Source: a virus. From it: a stretch of 64,000 bases of DNA. Under the pieces are notes generated by a model. It made no database searches, was not told where the DNA came from, and saw nothing but the letters and a program-made list of their open reading frames with translations. The stretch lies in IMG/VR virus record IMGVR_UViG_3300043172_001413, one strand, 5' to 3'. Positions 54,196 through 63,959 of this stretch are shown in pieces (position 1 is the stretch's first letter; each line of letters starts with the position of its first letter). A program made the translations under genes and the position numbers.

Positions 54196-54950
54196 TACGC
54201 CGCTCTTTCCATTTTATAGACATTCCCCAATTTATAGAAATCTTCTTCTGATGCCTGAATCATCGTACGGAAAGCTATAACCGAATCGGTAGGAGGTACT
54301 TTACGATCCTTAATATTTACACAGATTTCATCAATGACACGACCACCCTTCCATACTTTTGTATGGGATCTGTTTCTGAAAATTTGATATATCTTTCCAG
54401 TCAGGCCTTCAACACAGATAAAACCAAATCTGAGATATTTCCGGAATTCAGTTTCTGTGACATATTCCCTGAGAGTTTCCATGGCGAGCTGTTCATTTTC
54501 AGGTATGTACTTATGAGAAGTTCCTCTTGATCTAATTTTAATCAGAAGATTGCTCTTTATCTTTTGTTGCTTAAGGTATCTCTGATGTTCTTTCTCTCGT
54601 TTTCTGATTTCTTCCTCAGACTCAGCGAAATTAACCCTGATATTAAGTGAGTTATCGAGAGAATTAAAATTAGAATCAGTTATCCAATTGCCAGCTGTTC
54701 CTGTACCAGAATCGGCGATTCCTCGTCGTGCAGAATAATAACTAACGGTGGCCCCTGTTGTCATGTATTGATTTATGGTATCTTGGATACTATGATAGGT
54801 TGCAGTATTCGCAGGAGTGTAGAGATAGTTCTCAAGATCAAGTGTCGAGGTTGTTGTCCCAGAAGTCGCTGTAATTGAGGCTGTACAACTACTTTTACTG
54901 TATCTTATAATATCAGATCCAGCTGTCGCTCCAGAATAAATTACTGCCAT
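54195..54950 (-). CDS. member 4 of the paralog family, with a Thr/Ser-rich N-terminus
   Basis: C-terminus ...AMETLREYVTETEFRKYLRFGFICVEGLTGKIYQIFRNRSHTKVWKGGRVIDEICVNIKDRKVPPTDSVIAFRTMIQ. N-terminus TASITATSGTTTSTLDLENYLYTPANTATY. Confidence 0.55.
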   Translation of the reverse strand: MAVIYSGATAGSDIIRYSKSSCTASITATSGTTTSTLDLENYLYTPANTATYHSIQDTINQYMTTGATVSYYSARRGIADSGTGTAGNWITDSNFNSLDNSLNIRVNFAESEEEIRKREKEHQRYLKQQKIKSNLLIKIRSRGTSHKYIPENEQLAMETLREYVTETEFRKYLRFGFICVEGLTGKIYQIFRNRSHTKVWKGGRVIDEICVNIKDRKVPPTDSVIAFRTMIQASEEDFYKLGNVYKMERAA

Positions 54951-54951
54951 A

Positions 54952-55245
54952 TTAACAGTTCCTTAAAAAGGATTGAAACTTTTGTTTAATACTGACACTA
55001 TCCTTTACAAATACAGAGATAGTGCGCCCGCTCCTCATAATGCAAAGGCTGTCTTTTCCATCACCTGGAATTTCAACAATGCCATCAGATTTTTTCAGCA
55101 TATCAAGAGCATCCTCAGCTTCTTTTTTGAATGCTGTACTTTCCATTTTGAACTTAAGACCTTTTGCATCGTCATGCATATGTGCTTCGCCATTACTCAG
55201 ATGCCATCTAAGCCCAGAAACTCTTTCCTCTTTTGAGCCACCCAT
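54952..55245 (-). CDS. hypothetical protein starting MGGSKEE (97 aa)
   Basis: ORF. Shares the MGGS N-terminus with the 52495-52755 gene. Confidence 0.4.
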   Translation of the reverse strand: MGGSKEERVSGLRWHLSNGEAHMHDDAKGLKFKMESTAFKKEAEDALDMLKKSDGIVEIPGDGKDSLCIMRSGRTISVFVKDSVSIKQKFQSFLRNC

Positions 55246-55541
55246 GATTACCTCCTTTAATTATAATCATCAAACCAATATGCAGATTTGTTTCTTTTTT
55301 TCTTGAATAATTTTCCCATCGAGCAATTAAGAAAAAAGAGACAACATATTAAAATCATCCAGTTCACATCGGTAATTCCTTACTTCGACAACTATCATTT
55401 TTTGCGAACGGGCAGAGTATGCGTTTTTCATCTTCTCCTATTTCTTCATTATAACAGGCATATATTGATTCATTGTAATGCACTCCATATATAGACATGA
55501 AGGCTTCTTCGCAGGTATTAAATTGTATAGCTATTTCATAT

Positions 55542-55829
55542 CTAGTCATAAACACATATCATTCTGTAGAATTTCAGAATATTTTCTTTTTTCCATGCTA
55601 TAAAAGCTGTCTTCTGCCATGCCCCTAGAGCAATAAACGCTATAACATAGCTAAAGATTCCAATAGCAGGATAAATAAAGACCGTAGCTATGAGCCCAAG
55701 GATAAAGAGATCGGTTGCCATCATAAAGAGCTGTATTATAATAAAAATACTAAAACAAGGACCGGAATGAATGTAGCGGAATGTCCTTGAATATTTAGGC
55801 TTTCCGATGGCTATGGCATATCTGCTCAT
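55542..55829 (-). CDS. hypothetical membrane protein (95 aa)
   Basis: Two TM helices. Confidence 0.35.
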   Translation of the reverse strand: MSRYAIAIGKPKYSRTFRYIHSGPCFSIFIIIQLFMMATDLFILGLIATVFIYPAIGIFSYVIAFIALGAWQKTAFIAWKKENILKFYRMICVYD

Positions 55830-55851
55830 TAATCTCTCTTTTCAGAGAATT

Positions 55852-56268
55852 TTATCCTTTAACAATTTCAGGTACCATCAGAATTTCTTCTGCGTCAATG
55901 TCAAATTCCTTGATTTTTCTGTTTTTCTCGCTGACGTGATCAACGCTGAATGCTGTGTATCCCTCTGCCAGAAGTTCAAGGAATTTTCTCTTAGCCTGCT
56001 TTGCTTCCCTACCGTTATCTTTATCCCAGACAAGGCGTTCATCGCCCTTCTCAGTGAGGATCATCATGACACTCTTGGCTACTTTACGGGCTTTCACGAT
56101 AACTTCTTCGAGAAGGGGACTGAACTTTTCCATGAGAGACCCATCAGACTTCTGTATTTCATAACCCTGCCGTTTAAAACCTATGATCATTCTCTTTGCC
56201 TGTTCAATCTCTTTCATTCTGGATTTGTTCCAGATAATTCTTTGATCCAATACTAATTCATTTGACAT
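55852..56268 (-). CDS. hypothetical protein (138 aa)
   Basis: ORF. Charged. Confidence 0.4.
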   Translation of the reverse strand: MSNELVLDQRIIWNKSRMKEIEQAKRMIIGFKRQGYEIQKSDGSLMEKFSPLLEEVIVKARKVAKSVMMILTEKGDERLVWDKDNGREAKQAKRKFLELLAEGYTAFSVDHVSEKNRKIKEFDIDAEEILMVPEIVKG

Positions 56269-56278
56269 ACAACCTCCT

Positions 56279-56656
56279 TTATTTTTTCTTTCCGCTGTTA
56301 AGGATTTTTTTTAGTTTTGAGAGCATTCCATATGAGCGCCTGTTTAATTCGATCTCGATATCACCCTTTGAACAGGAAAAAATGAGTGTATCGTTATCAC
56401 CCGAGCCCTCAATTTTTTTGTTTTCTCCGTCTTTGAGATCATTCAATTTCAATTTGTCAATTTCGCTTTCAAAGACATCACAATCTTTTTTGAAAAGTAA
56501 CGTCTCAGTACTGTTGAAAATATGAATGACACCTCTTTTGAATACTCTGTATTTTAATTTTCCCAGAGTACCCTCATCAAGTATCGGACCATTTGCCGGA
56601 CTGCTCTTCCGACCAGAGCTTTTTTTTGATTTAAACTCAAGTATTTTTGAAGGCAT
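56279..56656 (-). CDS. hypothetical protein (125 aa)
   Basis: ORF. Confidence 0.4.
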   Translation of the reverse strand: MPSKILEFKSKKSSGRKSSPANGPILDEGTLGKLKYRVFKRGVIHIFNSTETLLFKKDCDVFESEIDKLKLNDLKDGENKKIEGSGDNDTLIFSCSKGDIEIELNRRSYGMLSKLKKILNSGKKK

Positions 56657-56674
56657 TTCAGCACTCCTTTCTGT

Positions 56675-56995
56675 TTATACACGGATTGAAAATGTTTCTG
56701 ACCATAAGCGTTTTAAAAATCCGGCTCCTGTAGGAGCTATATCTTCAAAAGTCTCTCTCTGATAATCTCTGCATGAAGCTTCCATAGGACGAAGATCGTC
56801 TACGATAATTTCATCATAACTGTTTTCAGTAAATCTCTGACCTGTTATTTCTCCGTTTTTTATTTGCCGGAAATGGATATGTCCGCACTTAGGATTAGGG
56901 CAATGCACACGATGGTTTCCATTAAGGGACATGTTAAGTTTTACATCAAAATATTTACCACAACTTGAGCAATAGAATTCAATTAATTGGCGCAT
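56675..56995 (-). CDS. hypothetical zinc-ribbon protein (106 aa)
   Basis: CSSCGK ... CPNPKCGH. Confidence 0.4.
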   Translation of the reverse strand: MRQLIEFYCSSCGKYFDVKLNMSLNGNHRVHCPNPKCGHIHFRQIKNGEITGQRFTENSYDEIIVDDLRPMEASCRDYQRETFEDIAPTGAGFLKRLWSETFSIRV

Positions 56996-57213
56996 ATTCT
57001 CGGATCTCTTTCTGCTTCTGTTAATGAGCTACGCTACCACACCTATAAATGGTACAAGAAATACAGTCCGGAATTAAAGAAAAAAATATATTATTTTGGT
57101 CGAAATGTGTAAGTTATTGGTTTTTTTCTTGTTTAAGAGAGGTTTTTTCTTTAAAAAACTCCAGGATTAATCTATTAATATCTTGTAGAAGAGTAATATA
57201 CAGGGAGTTTTAG

Positions 57214-57858
57214 GTGAAAAATTTAGGAAAAACAATCGACTCTTTGATCCGTATAGATCCGGATTTCGAGGAGAAACTAAAGCCCATTAAAAATAAATGG
57301 AGGCGGTGGCCTTATAAAACAATGGAGTACTGGGCTGAACTACTCGAAATTTTGAATACCAATACTATGGTGAATCATCCTCAACGGGAAGAAATAAGAG
57401 ACGCGATAAATACAAAAACAAAAAGAAAACATAAATTATATTCCTTTGATACAATATTACCAGGTGATAAAATTATCGGTAACATACCCGATAACATAGC
57501 TGATAAAATAAGAAGGCAGGATCACCGGTCTATTGATATAGCAAAGCTCCGTGTGGAGGCTGATTTAACACGGAACTTGGATTTAATGGCTGATTTGGTA
57601 CGAAGAGACTTTCTCCTTGAAATTGAGACAAAAAAAGTATGGGTCATTCTGAGGGACCATTTCAAACTATGGAAAAGGGCAGGCAGTTATAACATTAGAA
57701 GTAAAGATGGTGTTCTCTTTCTGGTAATGCCTCAGGTTAATCAGCAGGCCAAATATGTAAAACCCGGTGTTTTAAACGTAAATCCTGAATTGTTAAAAAG
57801 ATTTTTTCGTTATATGGGGCTCGATCTTCCTCCGGATCTTCAAGAAGGAGATAAATGA
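57214..57858 (+). CDS. hypothetical protein (214 aa)
   Basis: ORF. Confidence 0.4.
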   Translation: MKNLGKTIDSLIRIDPDFEEKLKPIKNKWRRWPYKTMEYWAELLEILNTNTMVNHPQREEIRDAINTKTKRKHKLYSFDTILPGDKIIGNIPDNIADKIRRQDHRSIDIAKLRVEADLTRNLDLMADLVRRDFLLEIETKKVWVILRDHFKLWKRAGSYNIRSKDGVLFLVMPQVNQQAKYVKPGVLNVNPELLKRFFRYMGLDLPPDLQEGDK

Positions 57859-58562
57859 AAAAGAGAGTAGTAAAAGCTTTTCTGAAGAGTGCCTATGATT
57901 TCAGTTCTGTCCAGATGGGTTTTCCAGATGAGATAGCAGAGGAAATCAGAGCATGGGGGATGGAAAACATACCTTCCTATATTTTAGCCGCTGATGGTCG
58001 CGAGGATGATATACATGTAACAGTAAAATATGGTATCCATATAATAGATTTCACAGAAATCCGGGAAATATTTAATGATGTGAAACCAGTTGAAGTGAAA
58101 TTGGGAAAAATAACACTTTTTGAAATTTCCGATGATTTTGATGTAGTAAAGATTGATCTTTATTCACCAGAACTGCATCAATTAAACAGCACTATCAGTA
58201 AAAAATTTGAAGTAACAGATACGTATCCTGAATACCATCCCCATTGTACTTTAGCGTATGTGAAAAAGGGCTGTGGTACCCCTTATAACGGAAATACCTC
58301 TTTCGAGGGGAGAAAAATAATACTGGATTCAGTGTTTTTTTCTGGTAAAGATAATCGAAAGACTGAATTTAAAATAAAGAAGGCCTATTTTAACCAAGCA
58401 ACGTGGCTCCCCGGGCGCAGTACAAAAGAATATCCAAATTTCCAGAAGGTACAATACAGAGAAAAGTCAGCACTTTATATCTGTATCTCCTGTCATTTAC
58501 GTAGGTTTATGCCAACAGCCGCGAGGTGTCCGCGATGTGGGCATTCCATGAAACGATTTTAA
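57855..58562 (+). CDS. 2H phosphoesterase superfamily protein (LigT/CPDase-like) with a C-terminal zinc ribbon
   Basis: Two H-x-T/S-x motifs (DDIHVTVKYG and YHPHCTLAYV) about 85 aa apart. C-terminal CISCH...CPRCGH. Confidence 0.5.
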   Translation: MKKRVVKAFLKSAYDFSSVQMGFPDEIAEEIRAWGMENIPSYILAADGREDDIHVTVKYGIHIIDFTEIREIFNDVKPVEVKLGKITLFEISDDFDVVKIDLYSPELHQLNSTISKKFEVTDTYPEYHPHCTLAYVKKGCGTPYNGNTSFEGRKIILDSVFFSGKDNRKTEFKIKKAYFNQATWLPGRSTKEYPNFQKVQYREKSALYICISCHLRRFMPTAARCPRCGHSMKRF

Positions 58563-58822
58563 AAAGTTCTGGGTTTTCTGTCTCGGGCAGCGTTGATTTT
58601 TAAGGTACGTCCTCGAAGTTCTGTACCATGAAGTTCTTTCATAGCGGTTTCTGCTGCTTCATCGTCTTCCATTTCTACAAATCCGAAGCCCTTAGATTTA
58701 CCACTAACGTGGTCCTTAATAATCTGGGCAATACGGACAGTTCCGTAAGATGCAAATAACTCTTCTAACTCTTGATCAGTTGTATTCCATTCGACATTTC
58801 CAACATAAATACTTTTTGACAC
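58559..58822 (-). CDS. RRM-domain RNA-binding protein
   Basis: RNP2 is IYVGNV. RNP1 is KGFGFVEM. 87 aa. Confidence 0.7.
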   Translation of the reverse strand: MSKSIYVGNVEWNTTDQELEELFASYGTVRIAQIIKDHVSGKSKGFGFVEMEDDEAAETAMKELHGTELRGRTLKINAARDRKPRTF

Positions 58823-59335
58823 TTATTTATCCTCCTCAATTTGTTTAAAATATAATAATGCATCCGTAAATTGTCTAATACATTCTACGGTGCTTCCCAT
58901 TTGTTTTCTACCGGCTTTCACAGTGAATTTTTTTACTACAGGGGGATCTTCATTTATATATCGGGTTATGATTGAAGCAGTTTTCTTTGAGACGCTCTTA
59001 TATTCATCTGCAAAAGCATCAAATATTCGGATAGCTTTTTCTACTTCAGATTCTTTTACATCTGGAATCGATATAGCAGTAATTACAGGATCAGTTTTTA
59101 AGTCTCTTTGAAAATCTAATCCTGTTTTGTGGGCTGCTTTTATTGCTCTTCTTGAGGGATTTCCTTTAAAAACGAATCCCCAGCGTTCTTTGGGGAACTG
59201 TGTGTTCCATCCCAGACTGAGAGGTTTCTCAGAAATGAGTGCCTTTGCGGCTTTGATCATAGGACCCTCAAGATGTATATGAACTATTTTATCCATGGAC
59301 AGGTTCCTTAATTTCAGTCCATTTTCCATGTTCAT
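58823..59335 (-). CDS. hypothetical protein (170 aa)
   Basis: ORF. Confidence 0.4.
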   Translation of the reverse strand: MNMENGLKLRNLSMDKIVHIHLEGPMIKAAKALISEKPLSLGWNTQFPKERWGFVFKGNPSRRAIKAAHKTGLDFQRDLKTDPVITAISIPDVKESEVEKAIRIFDAFADEYKSVSKKTASIITRYINEDPPVVKKFTVKAGRKQMGSTVECIRQFTDALLYFKQIEEDK

Positions 59336-59699
59336 AGTTTTTCATGACCCATTTCCCGTTTTCAAAAAACTCTTTTTGGTCACCTTCTTTAGGTTTCGGC
59401 TCTCTTGTTTCTTTGGAAGGAAGTGCGTGTGGGCCCTCTCCTCTTTCTCTCTGTAAACCTCTCTCAATTAATCTTGGAGTTTTTTTTGGATCAATCCAGA
59501 CACCGCTTTCTTTATCTATTGCTTCGAGAAAAGAAGCAACAATTTTGCGTGCTGATTTTTTATCTTTATCGCGCCACATATTTAAACAAATAGCAACACT
59601 CTGGTCTTGGTCCTCATCTTTTTTTTCTACTGTCTTTCTCTGATGCATACAAGCGTCCATCCAATCCTTTTGATTATCAAATTCTTTAGGATTTGGCAT
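59289..59699 (-). CDS. hypothetical protein (136 aa)
   Basis: ORF. Charged. Confidence 0.35.
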   Translation of the reverse strand: MPNPKEFDNQKDWMDACMHQRKTVEKKDEDQDQSVAICLNMWRDKDKKSARKIVASFLEAIDKESGVWIDPKKTPRLIERGLQRERGEGPHALPSKETREPKPKEGDQKEFFENGKWVMKNYEHGKWTEIKEPVHG

Positions 59700-59712
59700 T
59701 TCATTTCTCCGT

Positions 59713-60069
59713 CTATCTGTTAACTGTTTTCAGATAATCTTTCCACTCTATATTTGCATTTTTTTCTGAAAGCTCATCTTCTATGTCTTCCTCTTCCATT
59801 ATTAAACTTGATTCCTCATCGGCAGCATTACTGAAAATTTCTTTAATTTCTTGCAAGTGAGAGTTGATACTTCCTGTCATATCATTTTGATAATAAGGAT
59901 TTTTGCGGTCCTTCATGTTAAGAATAAAAGGTTTTTGCTCAATTTTTCCCAGAAATTCCTCCATTGTCTTTATTGAAAATTTGATATCAGAGAGCCATTC
60001 TCTTTTTTTTCGTTTAAATGCCTCTTTTTTCTTTTCAAGTTCTTTTCTTTTTTTTTCTAAGTTAGACAT
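59713..60069 (-). CDS. hypothetical protein (118 aa)
   Basis: ORF. K/E-rich. Confidence 0.35.
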   Translation of the reverse strand: MSNLEKKRKELEKKKEAFKRKKREWLSDIKFSIKTMEEFLGKIEQKPFILNMKDRKNPYYQNDMTGSINSHLQEIKEIFSNAADEESSLIMEEEDIEDELSEKNANIEWKDYLKTVNR

Positions 60070-60836
60070 TATTCGTCCTTTTCAATAGGTTTTTCTTCTA
60101 TGGATAATTCTAACCTCTGTATGATGGCAGGTTCTTTTCTATGTGAATTACCGAACACGCCTCTAAACATTCTATTCAGGCTACTCTGTTCCTGTTGTAC
60201 TATTTGTTCTCTTACTTTAATTTTTATCGTTATTTTTTTATTTCCAGTGTTTTTATCCAGATAGAAATGTACTGCGTCTCCTTCACCTATAATTTCAAGA
60301 GAATCCCCTGCCGGCACTTTTACTACTGTTGTATCTCTTAACAAAATGCCCCTTCTACTGTTGAGAGGTTTTATTTCCAGCACTTTATAGGTACCCTCTA
60401 CAATAGTAGTAATTTCAAGGCTGTCAAGTACAGGAATGGTATCACCCTGTGCGTATGCGGTTCCTATGGGTGCTGTAAGAAGGGCTACAACTGTGGGTCC
60501 TACTTTGGTAAGACTGCCTAGAACTTGGGGAGCTGCTATTCCTGCAGCAATCGCTCCTCCAATATCCTTTACTTGAGATACAAGCAATCCAATAATTCCT
60601 ATAACACCGGCAATTAACATTCCTCCATAGAAATAGGGATCAAGGACATTTTCACGGCTGACGAACATATTCATTAATTCTAATAAAGGTACAACTATGC
60701 CCCCAAGAAAGGCGCAAATTATGATTTCTTTGGAAGGGAATTTAATTTCAGGCATAACAGCTCCTTTAAACAACGCCAGGTTCTTCACCTTCTGGTACAC
60801 CTTCTTCAGCGGGCGGTGCATAAGGTCCCCATACAT
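60069..60836 (-). CDS. membrane protein with a C-terminal beta-rich domain (possibly NfeD-like)
   Basis: N-terminal TM helices (GGMLIAGVIGIIGLLVSQ). C-terminal GTYKVLEIKPLNSRRGILLRDTTVVKVPAGDSLEIIGEGDAVHFYL resembles the NfeD OB-fold. Confidence 0.35.
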   Translation of the reverse strand: MYGDLMHRPLKKVYQKVKNLALFKGAVMPEIKFPSKEIIICAFLGGIVVPLLELMNMFVSRENVLDPYFYGGMLIAGVIGIIGLLVSQVKDIGGAIAAGIAAPQVLGSLTKVGPTVVALLTAPIGTAYAQGDTIPVLDSLEITTIVEGTYKVLEIKPLNSRRGILLRDTTVVKVPAGDSLEIIGEGDAVHFYLDKNTGNKKITIKIKVREQIVQQEQSSLNRMFRGVFGNSHRKEPAIIQRLELSIEEKPIEKDE

Positions 60837-61317
60837 AAGCTTCCATACCCTTCGCTGTCCATATTATTGATTCAAAACTTTTGGTATTTCTGTTTATATC
60901 CGCTGCGGTGGATCCAGTTATTTCAGCGGTACGTCGGAGTAATATTTTGTACATGTTATCTTTTTGGGCATTTGTTTTTCCTATTACAAGTTCAGTTTTA
61001 TTTCTTTCAATCTTTGTTGCTTCTAAGCCCAGTTTATTGAGAGTTGGGCTGATCTGGGCGTAAAGACCCATAGGATTATCATTGGGATTAGGCTGAGCAA
61101 TTTTGAGAAAAGACCTTATAACATTTCCAGCTTGTTTTTGTTTCTGGATTCGTTCAAGTCTCTTATTTATCTGCTCTTGTTGCCGTAAAAGGCTCGTTTC
61201 TTGTGGAGTGGGTTTTCTTTCTTCTTCTTCTTCTTGCCCTGGTCTCTTTGGCTTTGCTGACTGTCCTGGCGGTGTTCCCGGCTGTGTTTGCGTGATCATA
61301 AAGAAATAACCCTCCAT
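60766..61317 (-). CDS. hypothetical protein (183 aa)
   Basis: ORF. P/Q/E-rich. Confidence 0.3.
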   Translation of the reverse strand: MEGYFFMITQTQPGTPPGQSAKPKRPGQEEEEERKPTPQETSLLRQQEQINKRLERIQKQKQAGNVIRSFLKIAQPNPNDNPMGLYAQISPTLNKLGLEATKIERNKTELVIGKTNAQKDNMYKILLRRTAEITGSTAADINRNTKSFESIIWTAKGMEAYVWGPYAPPAEEGVPEGEEPGVV

Positions 61318-61353
61318 TTAAGATAAGAATTATAATAAGATATTAAAACATTA

Positions 61354-62568
61354 TTACGAGATCCAAAAATGATACATAGCGCGTTTTTCATTCTCAGGGA
61401 AGGATCGACCTATTCTGGACTCTCCGAGGAGCTTGTGTTGGATGAATCCTATATCTTTGAAAATTGTAATCACATCTCTATCTAAATCATGGGCTTCAAG
61501 AATGATATTTTTGAAATTTGACAGATATTTTAAAAATCTTTCTTTATTTGTGACCCATCGCAGGAAACTGAGACAGAAAATGACATTATAGTCATAGCCC
61601 AGAATGTCCTCATAAGCTGAGTTATTAAGATCGATATCAATAATTCTCATTCTTTCCTCTGGGATCCGAAAAGCCCTTTTCACTAAATTAGTAGCTTCTA
61701 TGTGATGAGGATTACAATCAATAGCCGTAGCCGAGTGGAGTTCATAGTATTTAAGGAGAAACGCTGGCACCATACCCATGCAGGTGCCCAGATCTAGGAT
61801 TTTGAGGCCTTTCCAATCCATCGCTTCTTTAAATTTTGTCCATCTTAAGTTCCAAGCTCTTTCTCCTTTAAAACTTTTTCCGTTTATAACAACACTATAA
61901 TACGGTTTTCTGTCCATTCCTCCTGTTGACATCGTCCAAGCCTGCTCTATAAGTTGCATGTTAATTCCGGAGCTACTAAGGGATACTTTTTTCTTATATA
62001 AATTCTGTAGGAACTCAAAATAATCCACCGGAATGCACTCCAAATGATACTTTGGGATTTTATACAAATCTCTGATATGAGCTATTGATTCAATATCTAT
62101 AATACAATACCTGTCATCCAGATCCGCTATATTTGACTGGACCAAATCGTAGAAGAAAAAACCGGTTTTTTCGGCATTTTCAGTTAAAATAGCATAAAAT
62201 CGCTGGTATTTCCCGTCTTGTTCTGGTGCATCATTAAAAATATTGAAATCATGTCTATTTTTGTGTCTGAGAATATTACCCTGGATTATACCATCGGTAT
62301 CTTTCATGGGGCAGCTGAAAGCTCTCATGGCGTATCCCACACAAGTTCCATTATCTGATATTAAAACTGCTTCAAACTGCGCCAAGCCATCATAAAACCC
62401 GGAATTTATGGCAAGAAGGAATAGATCTCCTAATTTTCTGTCCCAGAGGATAGCCCCTTCTTCCCAGAGTTTATAGTAAATCTGTTCAGAGGGGTCGAAA
62501 AAGAGTTTATTTTCCTTTAAAAGGTCGCAGGCAGAGAAATCGATGGTATCTATATGAATATAGTCCAT
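61354..62568 (-). CDS. class I SAM-dependent methyltransferase
   Basis: KILDLGTCMGMVPAFL is motif I. Later AIDCNPHHIE and IDIDLNNS. Confidence 0.5.
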   Translation of the reverse strand: MDYIHIDTIDFSACDLLKENKLFFDPSEQIYYKLWEEGAILWDRKLGDLFLLAINSGFYDGLAQFEAVLISDNGTCVGYAMRAFSCPMKDTDGIIQGNILRHKNRHDFNIFNDAPEQDGKYQRFYAILTENAEKTGFFFYDLVQSNIADLDDRYCIIDIESIAHIRDLYKIPKYHLECIPVDYFEFLQNLYKKKVSLSSSGINMQLIEQAWTMSTGGMDRKPYYSVVINGKSFKGERAWNLRWTKFKEAMDWKGLKILDLGTCMGMVPAFLLKYYELHSATAIDCNPHHIEATNLVKRAFRIPEERMRIIDIDLNNSAYEDILGYDYNVIFCLSFLRWVTNKERFLKYLSNFKNIILEAHDLDRDVITIFKDIGFIQHKLLGESRIGRSFPENEKRAMYHFWIS

Positions 62569-63959
62569 TAATAATTTTTTCGCGCTACTACTGAAAAGGA
62601 CTTGATAGTGGGATCAAAGTAAGAATACATAATAACGAACTCCTCCCCAATATCTCTTTTTACTTCGTTAAAGAACTCTTCAGTGCCTTTATCTATCATA
62701 TGAACGATAAAATGACCTCCAGGTCGGATAAGTCCCTTACAACTATCATAGACAGATTTATTTTCTGCTTTAAAGCCTATTGGTCCGAGATACACAACGA
62801 AAGGATAAGCTTCTCTTTTGAATTCTGAGTTTATATCTGAAATGTCTGGCATGAAGAAAGGATTGGGGTCAACCATAATGGCGTTGGAATGCTTGTAATA
62901 ACCACCGAAGAAACAAAGGCCTTTATCAGCTGATAACATATATTTTTCAATTTCGGACAGATCTGGAACTCTTAGCATGTCCACCATGTAATTAAAATGC
63001 TGGCCGGTAAATTTGTGTCTCATATAATCGATAGCCTGCAGAAGGTCATCCGGTTTTATTTGTGTGAAACAGGGGCTCGGGTGGCCCTTCACACATGTTC
63101 TGAAATCATGTTTGAAACACGGGCTACACACGACACTCGGATCGAGTCCTATGGCATTTTTGAAATATTTCATACGGACTTCACTTGGGAATGGGCCGTA
63201 TATGCCTATTAGAGGCTTTTCTAAGGCTCCTGCTACTTGGACCATGAAAGTATCGGGGGAAATGATTAAGTTATATCTGGTAGCCAGTATGATAGACTCT
63301 CGAACGTTGTAACTGGTGGCGAGAATGATTTTCTCATTACCGCCTCTGAGATAGTGGCCTATAATGTTATGTGATTCAGTACCTATAAGCATAATTTTTA
63401 CATTGTCTTCTTTAATGACAGTGTCAACTACTATTTTCAATTTTTCTTTTGGAAAATTACGGAGAGGTGCAGATGTTTCCATCTGAATCCCTATCACATA
63501 ATCATTTTTATCTATTTTCAAGTCTGCGATAGTTTTTTCACACCATTCAGTCTCTTCTTTTTTGAAAAAAAGGCGAGGTTTCTTTTCTTCATTAGGGAAA
63601 TGAATGCTATCAATACTGAAATAACTGAAGAACATATCAACAGCATGTGTCTTTTTTGATGTCTCACTGGATCCTTCGATGATGCCTTGGAACATGAGAT
63701 GGAAATCCATTTCTGTCAACAATTCTGCATCAAAAGGCATGTCATAGAGTTCATCTATTTCTGGAAGATTTTCGAGAGGTTGTTTACAGCCAGACGCTAC
63801 TCTGATAAAACAGTTCGGATATTTCTTTTTAAGGTGCCTGAAGACAGGGCTCAGGAACATCATGTCACCGATTCCACCCGTACGAAATGCCATGAGTTTC
63901 TTACCGCTGAGGTCTTCACCTTTGTAGGGCTTGTAAATGGTTTCAAAGGGATAAGACAT
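62568..63959 (-). CDS. glycosyltransferase family 9 (heptosyltransferase)-like protein with an extra C-terminal domain
   Basis: LMAFRTGGIGDMMFLSPVFRHLKKKYP is a GT9-type N-terminal motif. 463 aa. Confidence 0.45.
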   Translation of the reverse strand: MSYPFETIYKPYKGEDLSGKKLMAFRTGGIGDMMFLSPVFRHLKKKYPNCFIRVASGCKQPLENLPEIDELYDMPFDAELLTEMDFHLMFQGIIEGSSETSKKTHAVDMFFSYFSIDSIHFPNEEKKPRLFFKKEETEWCEKTIADLKIDKNDYVIGIQMETSAPLRNFPKEKLKIVVDTVIKEDNVKIMLIGTESHNIIGHYLRGGNEKIILATSYNVRESIILATRYNLIISPDTFMVQVAGALEKPLIGIYGPFPSEVRMKYFKNAIGLDPSVVCSPCFKHDFRTCVKGHPSPCFTQIKPDDLLQAIDYMRHKFTGQHFNYMVDMLRVPDLSEIEKYMLSADKGLCFFGGYYKHSNAIMVDPNPFFMPDISDINSEFKREAYPFVVYLGPIGFKAENKSVYDSCKGLIRPGGHFIVHMIDKGTEEFFNEVKRDIGEEFVIMYSYFDPTIKSFSVVARKNY

